The notes beneath the pieces were generated by a model. That model was given only the letters and a program-made list of their open reading frames with translations. It was not told the origin of the DNA and ran no database searches. The position numbers and the translations under genes are program-made. A stretch of 63,948 nucleotides of DNA, counting the filler, from Saprolegnia diclina VS20 (taxonomy: Eukaryota): the NCBI RefSeq assembly GCF_000281045.1. It is 4 parts of 2 records of this genome, joined end to end, with 100 filler letters (N's around TTAATTAATTAA, not from the genome) between each part and the next. Parts side by side here need not be neighbours in the genome. Positions count along the whole stretch, not along the records: positions 1 to 17,886 come from NW_008246088.1; 3 more parts are not named here. One strand, written 5' to 3'. Below are positions 1 through 11,262 of this stretch, piece after piece; within the stretch, counting starts at the first letter, position 1; each line of letters begins with the position of its first letter.

Positions 1-247
1 CATTGTATGGGTCGAGATGACACCGCGAGTCTTTCGCTTGGACGGCGGCTCAAGACACACCTAAACTACCTCGCCAGAGTTTCTCGAAGCGATGGCTGCG
101 CTGGCCGAGTTTGGCGAGGAGAAGTTGCGTGTAGCAAGATTGGTGCGTGGGTTCTGTCTTCGGAGTGGTTGGATCGACAGAAGACTACACCGCTCACGCG
201 GTCTCTATTCTCGTTGATTATGTAAACGCAACTGTCTGTGTACGCGC

Positions 248-1132
248 TCACGCTTCGTGCGGCGCCCGCAGTTTGCTCGCGACAGTAGCGACGCGCTGCC
301 CGAGTCCATGGGCTTTCAAGAAAAAGTACGCGGGAATGTGGTTGTCGTGGCGATAGCAGATCGACGGCCACGCACCAGGTTGATTGCTGCTGTTGTTGGT
401 GCCGAGGTGAAAGGGTCCTTCGCCCATGATGGCCGAGGCGCCAAACGCGCTACGCATATATCAAGTTAGGTCCTATGAGGACACTCCAGTAGGTATACAG
501 TACCTTGTCCACGCATCGCCACCGACGACAACGAATTTAAAGATCATGAGCGAGTGGAGGAGGTTGAGCAGCACGAGCTCCTCGCCCGAGCTCATACCGC
601 CGGCCAATGCAAAGGCGCCGGCGACCTTGGCGCTCAGGTCGTGTGTGGCCGGCCATGTGTTGATCCACGCCATGAGCTCGGGGTCCACGTTGGCGTTGTA
701 GACGTTGCTCCCGAGGATCACAGCGTCGGCCCAGAGCACGTCCGAGATGGACGCGTTGGCCGGGTGCAGTACTTTGATGGCTGTCGTGACGCTGGCAGCG
801 CCACGCGCCACCTCCTGGCCAAACTGGGCGAGCCAGTCGTCGCCCGCGTGCACAATCAAGACGCGAGTCCCATTGGCCAGCCCTCCAAAGTCGCGGTTGA
901 GGCTCGTGCGCGACGCCAGCGCTGCTACTGGCGACGCCACTGTGTGCAGCGAGGAGGTCGGGACTGTCGCCAGTCGGAGCTCGTGCAGGATCGTCTGCGC
1001 TTCAGTGACGAGGTACACGACACATAGGAGGGTCGTGATGCAGATAGCGAGGGTCGCAGCCACAAGCGACCGCGTGCTGGCCTTCCGCGCGCTGCTCGGA
1101 CGAGCGTCGTCGGCTTGGATGGCGCCGTACAT
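248..1132 (-). CDS. WrbA-like flavodoxin / NAD(P)H:quinone oxidoreductase with N-terminal TM anchor (copy 1, 2 exons)
   Basis: ATG at 1132 (MYGAIQ). Hydrophobic segment LVAATLAICITTLLCVVYLV. Flavodoxin-fold motifs ADAVILGSNVYNANV and KVAGAFALAGGMSSGEE. One ~54 nt GT-AG intron joins GGDAWT to SAFGASAIMGEGPF; stop at 248. Confidence 0.8.
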
Positions 1133-1372
1133 ATTGCGACTTGCGATCTGCCATCTCGCGTGTGATTGGCCAAAATGAAGATTTTGCATCAGGGCAAGGG
1201 CAGGTGTAGGGGACTTCCGACGTTGACGTTCCTGTGTCAAAAGTTATTACACTAGGGTTTCAGGTTGCTCGTTTCGATTATATATACACACTTCTTTATT
1301 CTTATTATATAAGAGCGCAACATATAGTCGTACATCGGTCATAGGACAAAAGGGCGGTCTTCAGGATCCTTG

Positions 1373-4045
1373 TTACGGGGCCATGTTGACGTCGGGGTTG
1401 TCGATCTCAAACGTGAGCGCGCCATCGGTGGCCGACAAGGTCACGTGGCCCTTGGCACGCAGGGAACCGTCCAAGAGCTGCCGACTCAGTGCCGTCACCA
1501 CGTGCTTTTCAATGTAGCGCTTGAGCGGGCGGGCGCCGTACTGCGGGTCGTACGCCGCATCCAAGATGGCGTCGAGCGCGGCCGTCGTCACGTCCATCGA
1601 CACTTGGTGCGCGTCCTGGAGCCGGGTCTCGGCTGAGCGCAGTTGCAGCTGGACAATGTCGCGCAGCTGAATTTTGCCCAGCGGCTCAAACACAATGACG
1701 TCGTCGAGGCGGTTGAGCAGTTCGGGACGCAGGTACCGGCGCAAGTCGGCCAACACACGGTCCTTTTGTGCATCGAGCGACAACACGGCAGCCGTGTCAA
1801 GGCGCGGGCGCTTGGACGGGCTCTGGATCGGCGATGGCAGGAGGTGCTCGGCGCCGACGTTCGAGGTGAGGACGACGACAACGTTGGTAAAGTCGACCGT
1901 GCGCCCGTGCGAGTCGGTGAGGCGGCCGTCGTCCAGAAGCTGCAAGAGCACGTTGAGGACCTTAGGGTGCGCCTTCTCAATCTCGTCCAAGAGCACAACG
2001 TTGTACGGGTTGCGCCGGACGGGTTCCGTGAGCTGGCCGCCCTGGTCGTCGTAGCCCACATAGCCGGGCGGCGCGCCGAGCAGCTTCGAGACCGAGTGCT
2101 CTTCCATAAACTCCGACATGTCGATGCGCACCATGTGCTTCTCCGAATCAAAGAGCTGGAGCGCGAGTGCCTTGGCGAGCTCCGTCTTGCCGACGCCCGT
2201 GGGCCCGAGAAAGAGAAACGAGCCTGTCGGTTGGTCCTGGCGCGCCAGGCCCGCGCGCGACCGCAGCACGGCATCGCAGACCGCCTGGACAGCAGCGTCT
2301 TGGCCAATCACGCGCTCGTGGAGCCGCGCGCCGAGGTGCAAAAGGCGGTCACTCGTGCTTGTTGTGAGCTTGTCGAGCGGGATGCCGGTCCAGCGCGACA
2401 CGACCTGCGCAATCTGGGCTTCGCGAACAACCTCCTCCACGAGCTTGTTGCTGCTGAACGCCGGGTCGGCGTCCTGCGCGGCCTTCTCCGCTTCGAGGCG
2501 CTGGATCGACTTGTGCACGTCGGGAATCGCATAGTATTTGAGGTCGGCCACTTGCGCGAGGTCCTGTCGGCGCTCGGCCTGGGCGACCTTGAGCTCGAGC
2601 TGCGCGAGCTTGTCCTTGAGGCGACGAATCTCCTCGACCTTGGCCTTCTCGGCTTGGTGCTGCAGTTTGAGTGGGTGCAGCTCGTCATGGACGGCCGCCA
2701 GCTCTTGGCGCACGAGCTTGAGACGATCTGTCGAGCGCGTGTCCTTCTCCTTGGCGAGCGCAGTCGCCTCAATCTGCAGCTGGAGCTGTTTGCGCTCGAG
2801 CGCATCAATGATTTCGGGCTGCGAGTCGAGCTGGACGCGCACGTTGGCGCACGCTTCGTCGATGCAGTCGATGGCCTTGTCGGGCATGAAGCGCTGGGTA
2901 ATGTACCGGTCGGCGAGCGTGGCCGCGGCGACGAGCGCGCCGTCCGTGATGCGCACGCCGTGGTGCGACTCGTAGCGCGCCTTGAGGCCACGGAGGATGC
3001 TGACCGTCTCGGGCACAGACGGCTCGGTGACGAGCACCTGCTGGAAGCGCCGCTCAAACGCCTTGTCCTTCTCGACGTACTTGCGGTACTCTTCCAACGT
3101 CGTAGCACCAATGCAGCGCAGCTCGCCGCGCGCGAGCATTGGCTTGAGCATATTGGCCGCATCCATGGCGCCGCTGGTCGCACCGGCGCCCAAAATCAAG
3201 TGCATCTCGTCGATGAACAAAATGACCTTGCCGTCGCTCGCCTGCACTTCCTGGAGCACGGCTTTGAGCCGCTCTTCAAACTCGCCGCGGTACTTGGCCC
3301 CGGCGACGAGCGCGCCCATGTCGAGCGAGTGAATCTGGCACGACGCCAGGAGGTCGGGGACATCGCCGCTCACGATGCGGTGGGCGAGGCCTTCGACGAT
3401 CGCCGTCTTGCCGACGCCGGGTTCGCCAATGAGCACCGGGTTGTTCTTGGTGCGTCGGCAAAGAATGCGCACGGCGCGGCGAATCTCCTCGTCGCGGCCA
3501 ATCACAGGGTCGATCTTGCCCGCGGCCGCCAGCGCCACGAGATTCTGCCCGTACTTGGCGAGCGCCTCGTAGTTGCCCTCGGCCGTGTTGCTCGTGACGG
3601 GCCGGCCGCCGCGAATGCCGTCGTTGATCGTGCCGACTTGACTCTGGCTCAAATTGTGACGCTGGAAAAGCGCTGCGACCGCCGGGCACGTAAAGAGCGC
3701 GAGCAAGAGATGGTCGACCGCCATGTGCGTGTCGCCCTTGTCCTTGCGCTGCTTGACGGCGGCCTTGAGAACCTTGGTCAGTGCCGAGCCGATGCTAATG
3801 TGATCAGGCGCCGGCGACTGTGTCGGGAGCTTCTGAAGATGCGTCGTGATATCGTTGAGGATCGCGGTGGCGTCGGCCTGCGCCTTCTCGGCCACGCGCC
3901 GGGCAAAGCTCTCGCTGTCGTTGAAGAGAGCGTACGCGACGTGCATCGGCGTGACTTGGGCGTGGCCATGCTCTTCCGCATACGCCTCGGCGTCCTTGAG
4001 GTACGCGTTGGTCTTGTCGGTGAATTCGGTCGGGTTGAGGCTCAT
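1373..4045 (-). CDS. HSP101: Cytosolic Hsp101/ClpB AAA+ disaggregase (copy 1, intronless)
   Basis: Clp N-domain, two Walker A motifs ([16 protein letters not shown]), [11 protein letters not shown], coiled-coil M domain, [24 protein letters not shown]. Likely start MSLNPTEF at 4045. Confidence 0.96.
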   Translation of the reverse strand: MSLNPTEFTDKTNAYLKDAEAYAEEHGHAQVTPMHVAYALFNDSESFARRVAEKAQADATAILNDITTHLQKLPTQSPAPDHISIGSALTKVLKAAVKQRKDKGDTHMAVDHLLLALFTCPAVAALFQRHNLSQSQVGTINDGIRGGRPVTSNTAEGNYEALAKYGQNLVALAAAGKIDPVIGRDEEIRRAVRILCRRTKNNPVLIGEPGVGKTAIVEGLAHRIVSGDVPDLLASCQIHSLDMGALVAGAKYRGEFEERLKAVLQEVQASDGKVILFIDEMHLILGAGATSGAMDAANMLKPMLARGELRCIGATTLEEYRKYVEKDKAFERRFQQVLVTEPSVPETVSILRGLKARYESHHGVRITDGALVAAATLADRYITQRFMPDKAIDCIDEACANVRVQLDSQPEIIDALERKQLQLQIEATALAKEKDTRSTDRLKLVRQELAAVHDELHPLKLQHQAEKAKVEEIRRLKDKLAQLELKVAQAERRQDLAQVADLKYYAIPDVHKSIQRLEAEKAAQDADPAFSSNKLVEEVVREAQIAQVVSRWTGIPLDKLTTSTSDRLLHLGARLHERVIGQDAAVQAVCDAVLRSRAGLARQDQPTGSFLFLGPTGVGKTELAKALALQLFDSEKHMVRIDMSEFMEEHSVSKLLGAPPGYVGYDDQGGQLTEPVRRNPYNVVLLDEIEKAHPKVLNVLLQLLDDGRLTDSHGRTVDFTNVVVVLTSNVGAEHLLPSPIQSPSKRPRLDTAAVLSLDAQKDRVLADLRRYLRPELLNRLDDVIVFEPLGKIQLRDIVQLQLRSAETRLQDAHQVSMDVTTAALDAILDAAYDPQYGARPLKRYIEKHVVTALSRQLLDGSLRAKGHVTLSATDGALTFEIDNPDVNMAP

Positions 4046-4099
4046 GTGCTCGAGTGAGATGAAAACCGGAAATGCCCGATCTTCCCGTTGCCCTTGCGT

Positions 4100-4133
4100 C
4101 GAGTTGCCAGACAATTCCAGAACGTCGAGAAAG
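4100..4133 (-). promoter_or_regulatory. Degenerate heat-shock element upstream of Hsp101 copy 1
   Basis: Gene-sense sequence TTTCTCGACGTTCTGGAATTGTCTGGC has an nTTCn-nGAAn core plus imperfect units, ~60-90 bp upstream of the ATG. Identical in copy 2 (~23263-23290). Confidence 0.5.
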
Positions 4134-4450
4134 TGCGATCGTACTTGCGAGAGTCTATCTAAAAACAATATATAAATTTGGACAAGCGCACTTTATCGGG
4201 CGCAACGGTTTCACCGTTGAGTGCGCTTGTCTGTGGCGCCGCCACGTTTTTGCAAACTCGAAGGCGGATCCTCATAGCAATCGTCTGTGATCCAATTCTG
4301 TCAAATGTGATGTACGGGACGACTGATGCGATTATGAAGTGGTCTATCTGGTGACCCGTCAGATTTGAAGACCATTCCAGATCAATCAGGTTAGACATGC
4401 CTGGGTCCATGCTGCGATAAATGCGCTGTGAAACGTGCGAAGATTGTATA

Positions 4451-6160
4451 TTACTCGCCGTGGTAGGTGTCGATATATGCTTCCAAGTTGGCCTTCTTGA
4501 CGACGAGGGACCCTTCGTTCTGGGCGGGCGAGAACGCAATCAGTCGAAAGTGTTTGCGGAGCATCGTGATGATCTTGGGCTTGAGCACCGGCTTCATGTA
4601 CTCGCGACTGCCCCGGCCCTTGCCCGTGATGATCTTGAGGTCTTGGAGCTCTAAGGAATCGCGTCAATCTTGGCAACCCACTATGGGTCATTTACCTGTC
4701 TTGAGAACGCTCTTGGGCTGCTCGGCAATCGCAAGCAGCGCAAATTCGACGGCGGCCTTGGCCGAGCCGCGCGAAAAGCTATGCAAGTTCATCGCGTACA
4801 GGCCCTTGCGCCACTCGCCGAGCATGTTTTCGTCCATGGCGCGCTCAAACACCACGTGGCTTGCGTCGCGCTCGCGCAGCTCCTCGAGCGCATCAATGAC
4901 TGTGTGCACAAAGTCGGATTTCTCGAGCGGCGTCGTCTCCAGCGTACGAACAATCGCCGGGATGAGCTTGCGCTGCTTGGGCGACGTCTTGATCGCACGC
5001 AAGACGAGCGCGAGCGTCAATATCGACGGGGCAATGTCGCGGGCGAGCATGTCCTTGTAGAGCTTGAAGATCACAAACGACTTGTCCGTGTTGAGGAACC
5101 CGAGCATGCACGTGGTGTACGGGAACGCATCGGGCGCCAAGGCTCCTTCCATCTCTTTGAGGCGCGCAAGGCAGTAGTCCAACTGCCCCGAGAGCATCTT
5201 GGCGCGAATGAGCGCATTGTAAAAGTTGACGTCGGTGCTCGTTTGCATCCATTCGCTGGGCTTGGTGGCTGCAATCTATCACCACTCTATTAGTGTTCAC
5301 GGTGGCCGATGAAGTAGGAAAGTACCTGGTCGAGGACGCGGTCGACAGCCTCGTGTTCCCCGAGGGCGCTCAGGGTCTTGAAGAGCACCGTGTACGTCGC
5401 AACATCGAGAACATCGCCGCGGAGACGCAGCACTTGGTCAGTCACGTCCACGAGCTTTTCGTTCTGGCGGCCGCTCGCGAGCGCCAAAAAGAGCATGCGG
5501 TAGCCACGGAGCGAGATCGGAAGGCCAAAGCCCTGCATGTGGTGGAGGACCGTGAGCGTGAGCTTCCAGTCGTTCTTGTTCTTGAGTGCTTGGATGATGG
5601 GCTTGTACACGAGGCCGTTCAAGGCGCGACGCGTGGCCTCGTCGTCGGTGGTCGCCGCCAGTGCCTCCGATGCCTGCGTCTGCAGCGTCTGCAGCGCATC
5701 GTGACCCTTGCCGTTCTCGATGAGCGCAATGCACATGAGCGCCTTGGACTCGAGCGTGGCATGTGCACCAGCTGTGGAATTCGGTGCCTCCGTGGTCGTT
5801 GTTGCGGCCGCGTTGAGCTCCTTGAGCCCGATCTGCTGCATCGTGTGCAGGACTTTCTTGGCTTCGCGATGGCGGCCGTGGGCGGCGCAGACGCGCAGCA
5901 CCAAGTTGGCGTGGTACGGCTCGACGGCCTGCGGAAAGCTCGCGACAAAGTGCTGGAACGTGCCCAACGCAGTCTTCCAGTCGCCGTCCTTGGACGCATG
6001 CTTGAGCTTCTCGACGATGATCTTAGTCGGCGCATCTACGCTGCCGCTGCAGAAGCGGCCGAGCGCGAGGCGCTTCCACTAGATTGCATGGCATGAGCTG
6101 CGAGGACGAGGTCATGCGGCGGCGCTGTACCTGGTTGCTCTTCGCCAGCGTTGCCAGCAT
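4451..6160 (-). CDS. PPR protein with C-terminal SMR domain, probably mitochondrial (multi-exon)
   Basis: PPR-like helical repeats (YHANLVLRVCAAHGRHREA, YTVLFKTLSALGEHEAV, FYNALIRAKMLSGQLD, YTTCMLGF). SMR signature MNLHSFSRGSAKAAV...IITGKGRGS. ATG 6160, intron ~6130-6079, stop 4451. Confidence 0.8.
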
Positions 6161-6334
6161 CGCCAATCGATCTTTTGCGCTCGCGATGTCTCCAAATAGT
6201 GTATGTTACGAACCTACGTAAATAGCGTATGTACCCTTGATAATAGATCGATCACTGACATTTTTTGTGAGAGGTATGTGTTTGATTGGCCCATTGCAAG
6301 CGCTCCTCGGGATATCACCATCGTCGACGTCTCC

Positions 6335-9300
6335 ATGCTGCGACGCGTAGTGTCGACCGCGGCCCGGCGCCGGAGCCTCGCCAGCGCGCTGAGCATCCAT
6401 GGCGGCGCCACCGCCCACGTCCGCGCGTCCTTGGCCTCTCTGCATCTGCGCTCGCTGCACACGAGCCTGCCGCTGCTGCGCAGCGATACGGGTACGGTCG
6501 AGGATTTGTACCAGAAGAAGACGCCGCTCGAGCACGTCCTGCTTCGGCCGGGCATGTACATCGGGTCTGTCGAGAGCACGAAGGAGACCATGTGGATCTG
6601 GAGCGACTCGGAGCGCCGCATGGTCCAGCGGTCGCTCGAGTTTGTACCTGCTCTGTACAAGATCTTTGACGAAATCCTGGTCAACGCCGTCGACAACAAG
6701 GTCCGCGACAGCGCCATGTCGCGCCTGGAAGTGAGTGTGCTTCCTGGGTCGGCGGCCAACTGCCACAAAGCGACGATCTCGGTCTTCAACGACGGCAAGG
6801 GCATTCCGATCCAGTTCCACAAGCAAGAAAACGTCTATGTGCCCGAGCTCGTCTTGGGCCACCTCTTGACCGGCTCGAATTTTGACGACGCGTCTGCGCG
6901 CCTCACGGGCGGTCGCCATGGGTACGGTGCGAAGCTCACCAACATCTTTAGCTCCGAGTTTGTCGTCGAGACGGGCGACGCCAAGAGCGGCCAGCGCTAC
7001 ACGCAGACGTGGCGCAACAACATGCGCGAGCGTGGCGAGCCGATCATCGCGCCCTACGACGGCGACGACTTTACGCGCATTACGTTTACACCGGACCTCG
7101 CCAAGTTTGAAATGGCCAAGCTCACGAGCAGCATGACGCGCGTGCTCCGGAAGCGGGTTTTTGACGTCGCGGGCTGCCTCCCCAACGTCATCGTCAAGTG
7201 GAACGACGAAGAAGTGCCGCTCGTCGGCTTTGAGTCGTACGTGCAAGCGTTCGAAGGCGCGACGACCAAAGAGGCCGAACTCGCCTTGTACAGCCGCGCC
7301 AACAAGCGCTGGGAGATTGGTGTCCTTCCGTCCGACGTGGGCTTTGTCCAAGTGAGCTTTGTGAACGGCATGACGACGCACCGCGGCGGCACGCACATCA
7401 ACTACATCCTCGAGCAGCTCTGCAAGCGCATCGCTGACCACATCAACAGCAAGCAGAAAGACATGACTGTGACGGCGACGCAGATCAAGCCGCACATTGC
7501 GCTCTTTGTAAACGCGCTCATCGAGAACCCGACGTTCGACTCGCAAATGAAAGAGAATCTGACGTCGCGTCCGTCGACGTATGGCTCGACGTGCGTCCTC
7601 TCGGAGCGCTTCATCAAGAGCGTCCTCAACAACTCGGGGATTGTCGAGCGCGTGGTTGCGGCGATGAAGACCAAGCAGCGCTCAGCACTCAATAAGAAGG
7701 TCGCGAAAAAGACGATTCTGGTCCCGAAGCTCGAAGATGCCAACTGGGCGGGGAGTCCGCGCGCGTCCGAGTGCACGCTCATTCTGACCGAAGGCGACTC
7801 GGCAAAGGCGCTCGCGGTCGCCGGTCTCGCGGTCGTCGGCCGGGATACGTACGGTGTCTTTCCGCTGCGCGGCAAGTTTCTCAACGTACGGGACGCGTCC
7901 GACTCGCAGCTGAGCAAGAACGCCGAGTTTAGCCACCTCTGCACGATCCTTGGGCTCAAGCTCGGCTCCAAGTACGAGACACCGGAAGAGAAGGCGACAC
8001 TCCGGTAAGACGCCATCTGCCAAGTGTGTACTCATGTCGTGCAGCTACGGCCGCGTGCTCATCATGACGGACCAGGACCACGACGGGTCGCACATCAAGG
8101 GCTTGCTCTTGAACCTCTTCCACACCTTCTGGCCGCAGCTGCTCCAAGACAACTTTGTGAGCACGTTCCTGACGCCGCTCATGAAGGCGCAGACGAAACA
8201 GACGGTCTTGCCCTTCTTCTCCGTGCCAGAGTACGAGCAGTGGAAGGCGTCGAATCCCGATTTGTCGCACTCGGTCAAGTACTACAAGGGTCTCGGGACC
8301 AGCACGAGCGCAGAGGGGAAAGAGTACTTTGAAGAGCTCAACGAGCACACGGTCGACTTTCGTTGGACGTCCGATGACGACGGCGACGCGATTGCGATGG
8401 TCTTTAGCAAGGACCGCGTCGCGGAGCGCAAGGCGTGGCTCTCGAATCTCGCGCCGTCGACGCTCCACGAGCGCACGCCGACCATGCGCCTCCACGACTT
8501 TGTGCACTCGGAGCTCATCCAGTTCTCGCATGCGGACAACGCGCGGTCGATTCCGAGTGCGATCGACGGCCTCAAGCCCTCCCAGCGCAAAGTGCTCTAC
8601 GCGTGCTTCAAGCGCAAGCTCACAAAGGAAGTCAAAGTCGCACAGCTCGCGGGGTACTGCGCCGAGCACACGGCGTACCACCACGGCGAAGCGTCGTTGC
8701 ATAGCACGATCGTCAACATGGCGCAGGACTATGTCGGCGCCAACAACATTCCGCTTTTGTATCCGTCCGGCCAGTTTGGCACGCGCCTCCAAGGCGGCAA
8801 GGACGCGGCGTCGCCACGTTACATTTTCACCTACCTGCACCAGTACACGCGGCTCCTCTTCCCGGAGGCGGACGAGCCGCTCCTGGAATATGTGATCGAC
8901 GACGGCGATCCGGTCGAGCCGACGTACTATGTGCCAATTCTACCGCTGCTGCTTGTGAACGGCAGCGAAGGCATTGGTACGGGGTGGTCCACGAGCATTC
9001 CAAGCCACCACCCGATCCAGCTCATTGACCGGCTCCTCGCGCGCATCGACGGCGACGCGTCATGCGATGCGCTCGCGCCGTGGGTCAAGGGGTTCCAAGG
9101 CAAAATTGCCCCGAACGGCCTCAACTACCTCTCGACGGGCGACCTTGAGATTTTGAAGAAGACGCCCCGAACGGTCGCCGTCCGCGTCTCCGAGTTGCCC
9201 GTCGGCAAGTGGGTCGAAGACTACAAGAATTTCCTGCACAACCTCATTGCGACCAAGAAGGTGCGCGTGTTCACCGAGCACCACACGGACAAGACGGTGT

Positions 9301-10019
9301 GCTTTGAGCTCGTGGTACGACACGATTTCTCAGTTTCGTTGTCGGACTAAACCATTTGTAGATTGAGAAGGACGGCGCCGATGCAATGGACGACGCGACG
9401 CTGCGCAAACTGCTCAAGCTCGAATCCAACATCAACACGACCAACATGCACGCGTTCAACGCCGACGGGAAGCTCGTCAAGTTTGATTCGAGCGCCGAGA
9501 TCCTCGACGCCTTCTTCAACGTGCGCCTCGACCTCTACGCGCGCCGCAAGACGTACTACGAAGACCGTCTTGGCCGCGAGTGCGCCAAGCTCGAGAACCG
9601 CGTTCGGTTCCTCCAGGAAATGGCCTCGGATGCCAGCCCGCTCCGGTCGCTCTGGACGTCCCGCCCTTCCAAGGCCGACGCGGTAGGCACAACGAGATCG
9701 TTCTATTGTTGTGGCGCTCATTATGTTGCTGTAGATGGCCGCGCTTCGGGCTGCTGGGTTTGCTCCGGCGAGCGCGTTTGAAGTGGATGGCGGCAGTGAC
9801 GCCAACGACAAGGACGCGTATGACTACCTCCTCCAGACATCGTTTCTTCAGTGCACGCTCGAGCACGCGGAGAAGCTGACGCGCGAGTTTGGCGCCAAGC
9901 AAGCGACCTTGGAGCAGCTGCGCGAGACGTCGCCGAAGGCACTTTGGAAAGCGGAGCTTCATGCTCTCCGTGAAGCGCTCCTCGAAGACGCCGAATACCA
10001 CGATGCGATCGAGGCGTGA
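6335..10019 (+). CDS. TOP2: Type IIA DNA topoisomerase II with mitochondrial presequence (4 exons)
   Basis: EHVLLRPGMYIGS, EILVNAVDN, GGRHGYGAKL (GHKL ATPase). TOPRIM motifs EGDSA, PLRGKFLN, IMTDQDHDGSHIKGL. Catalytic ASPRYIFT. Arg/Ser-rich N-terminus lacking acidic residues. Introns near 8005-8044, 9314-9361 and 9683-9733. Confidence 0.95.
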
Positions 10020-10476
10020 GCGAGATGTACATTGAAAGTGCAATATGAAGAAACAGTCTTGGCCTAGTCATTGGTGTTCGAGTCTGCCTCCAGAGCTGCT
10101 CTAGACAGCGCTAGCGGAGTGACCAATTCAAACGATAGATTGTGACTTGATGCACACTAGCACTGGTACGGCGAAGCTTGGGTTTGCACCTGCGACTCGC
10201 AGCACATCACGGTGGAGTCGCTCGGTTTCAAAATTCCTCTTCCTGCACGGTGCTATTTGAACGAGGTTGACTTGAGACGACCCACTTCAACAACAACGAG
10301 GTTGACTTGCGGAAGAAATGCGACGCCGTTGAAACGTCCGACCTTGCTGAAGCGTCGCCTTGGCGCGGGAAGTGTCGGTCCTACAACATAGTAGAGTAGC
10401 GCGTCAGTCCGACGAGAAGGTCGAAGTGCTGGAGACGAGACGTGCATCTCGCGAACTCCCGATCTTTATCCGTACA

Positions 10477-10486
10477 TATCCGGATA
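10477..10486. promoter_or_regulatory. Palindromic TATCCGGATA motif (recurrent upstream element)
   Basis: Lies ~55 bp upstream of ATG 10539. The ATCCGGAT core recurs upstream of several other genes in this window. Confidence 0.5.
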
Positions 10487-10538
10487 ATGAGGCGACCGAG
10501 AATAGACCGCAGTGTGCAATTCGAACCGCGCTGTCGCC

Positions 10539-11228
10539 ATGGGTCCGTCCGTTGGCCACGTCATGGCGCCTGCGTCGACCTCGGCCTTCGCTCCGTGCAG
10601 CCTCTCGGCGCTCGCCTTGGCGCCGCTGCAAGCCTCATGCGCGGAGCGGTGCCTCAAGCACGACACGGACGTCTACTGTAGCAGCGAACGCCTTGCAAGC
10701 CTCAAGGCCTTTAGCCTCCATCAGCCCGGCGACGCCGAGTACTCGGAGTACATTGCCGCGCAGCTGCGGCCAACGACGCTGACGAACCTCAACAAGAAGG
10801 TTGTGTACCTCATCGATGTGCACCTCGGCAAAGTCCACTGGCTCGTCCACACGCGCTACTCGGCGCTGCGAAAGCTGCGCTGCACGCTCATCAAGCGCCT
10901 CTCCAAGCGTGCCGACTTCTGCCGCATTTGTTACGCGTCGCTCAAGGGTCTGCAGGCGACGGCGTTTCCGCCCAAGGCGCGCCTCTTTGCGGCGCCCATC
11001 GACATGGCCCGGCGACAACTCCTGCTTGCGACCTTTGTGCAAACGCTTGTACGCCTGCTCCAAGTGCTTCGACAGCACTCGATCCTCATGCAGTCCCGCG
11101 TCGGCTGCGACGTGACGTTCATGCTGCGGCTCCTTGAAGAATTTGTCGGCCTCGACTTCAGTCGGTACACGAGCTTCCTCGCCGACCGTGGCGTACTGCA
11201 CCCGGAAGAGACAGTCCACTGCCGCTGA
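10539..11228 (+). CDS. PX-like domain protein
   Basis: VVYLIDVH...WLVHTRYSALRKLR...FPPKARLF...RRQLLLATFV follows the PX domain pattern (RY, FPPK, RR..L..F), with a CxxC insert. Confidence 0.7.
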   Translation: MGPSVGHVMAPASTSAFAPCSLSALALAPLQASCAERCLKHDTDVYCSSERLASLKAFSLHQPGDAEYSEYIAAQLRPTTLTNLNKKVVYLIDVHLGKVHWLVHTRYSALRKLRCTLIKRLSKRADFCRICYASLKGLQATAFPPKARLFAAPIDMARRQLLLATFVQTLVRLLQVLRQHSILMQSRVGCDVTFMLRLLEEFVGLDFSRYTSFLADRGVLHPEETVHCR

Positions 11229-11262
11229 CACAAAAGAAGTTTAAGTATCAACACGACGCGTC

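Larger units (their letters stand above)
59..4260 (-). repeat. Left arm of ~4.2 kb inverted duplication (Hsp101 + flavodoxin + promoter)
   Basis: Reverse complement matches 23136-27358 almost base for base. Similarity stops at ~4260 (GCCACGTTTTTG.AAACTCG). Confidence 0.93.

Noticed and set aside
1643..4057. 804 aa antisense ORF over Hsp101 (also 6206-7546, 23339-25429, 28684-30396 and similar)
   Set aside because: Shadow ORFs caused by GC-rich codon bias on the opposite strand. No recognisable domains.
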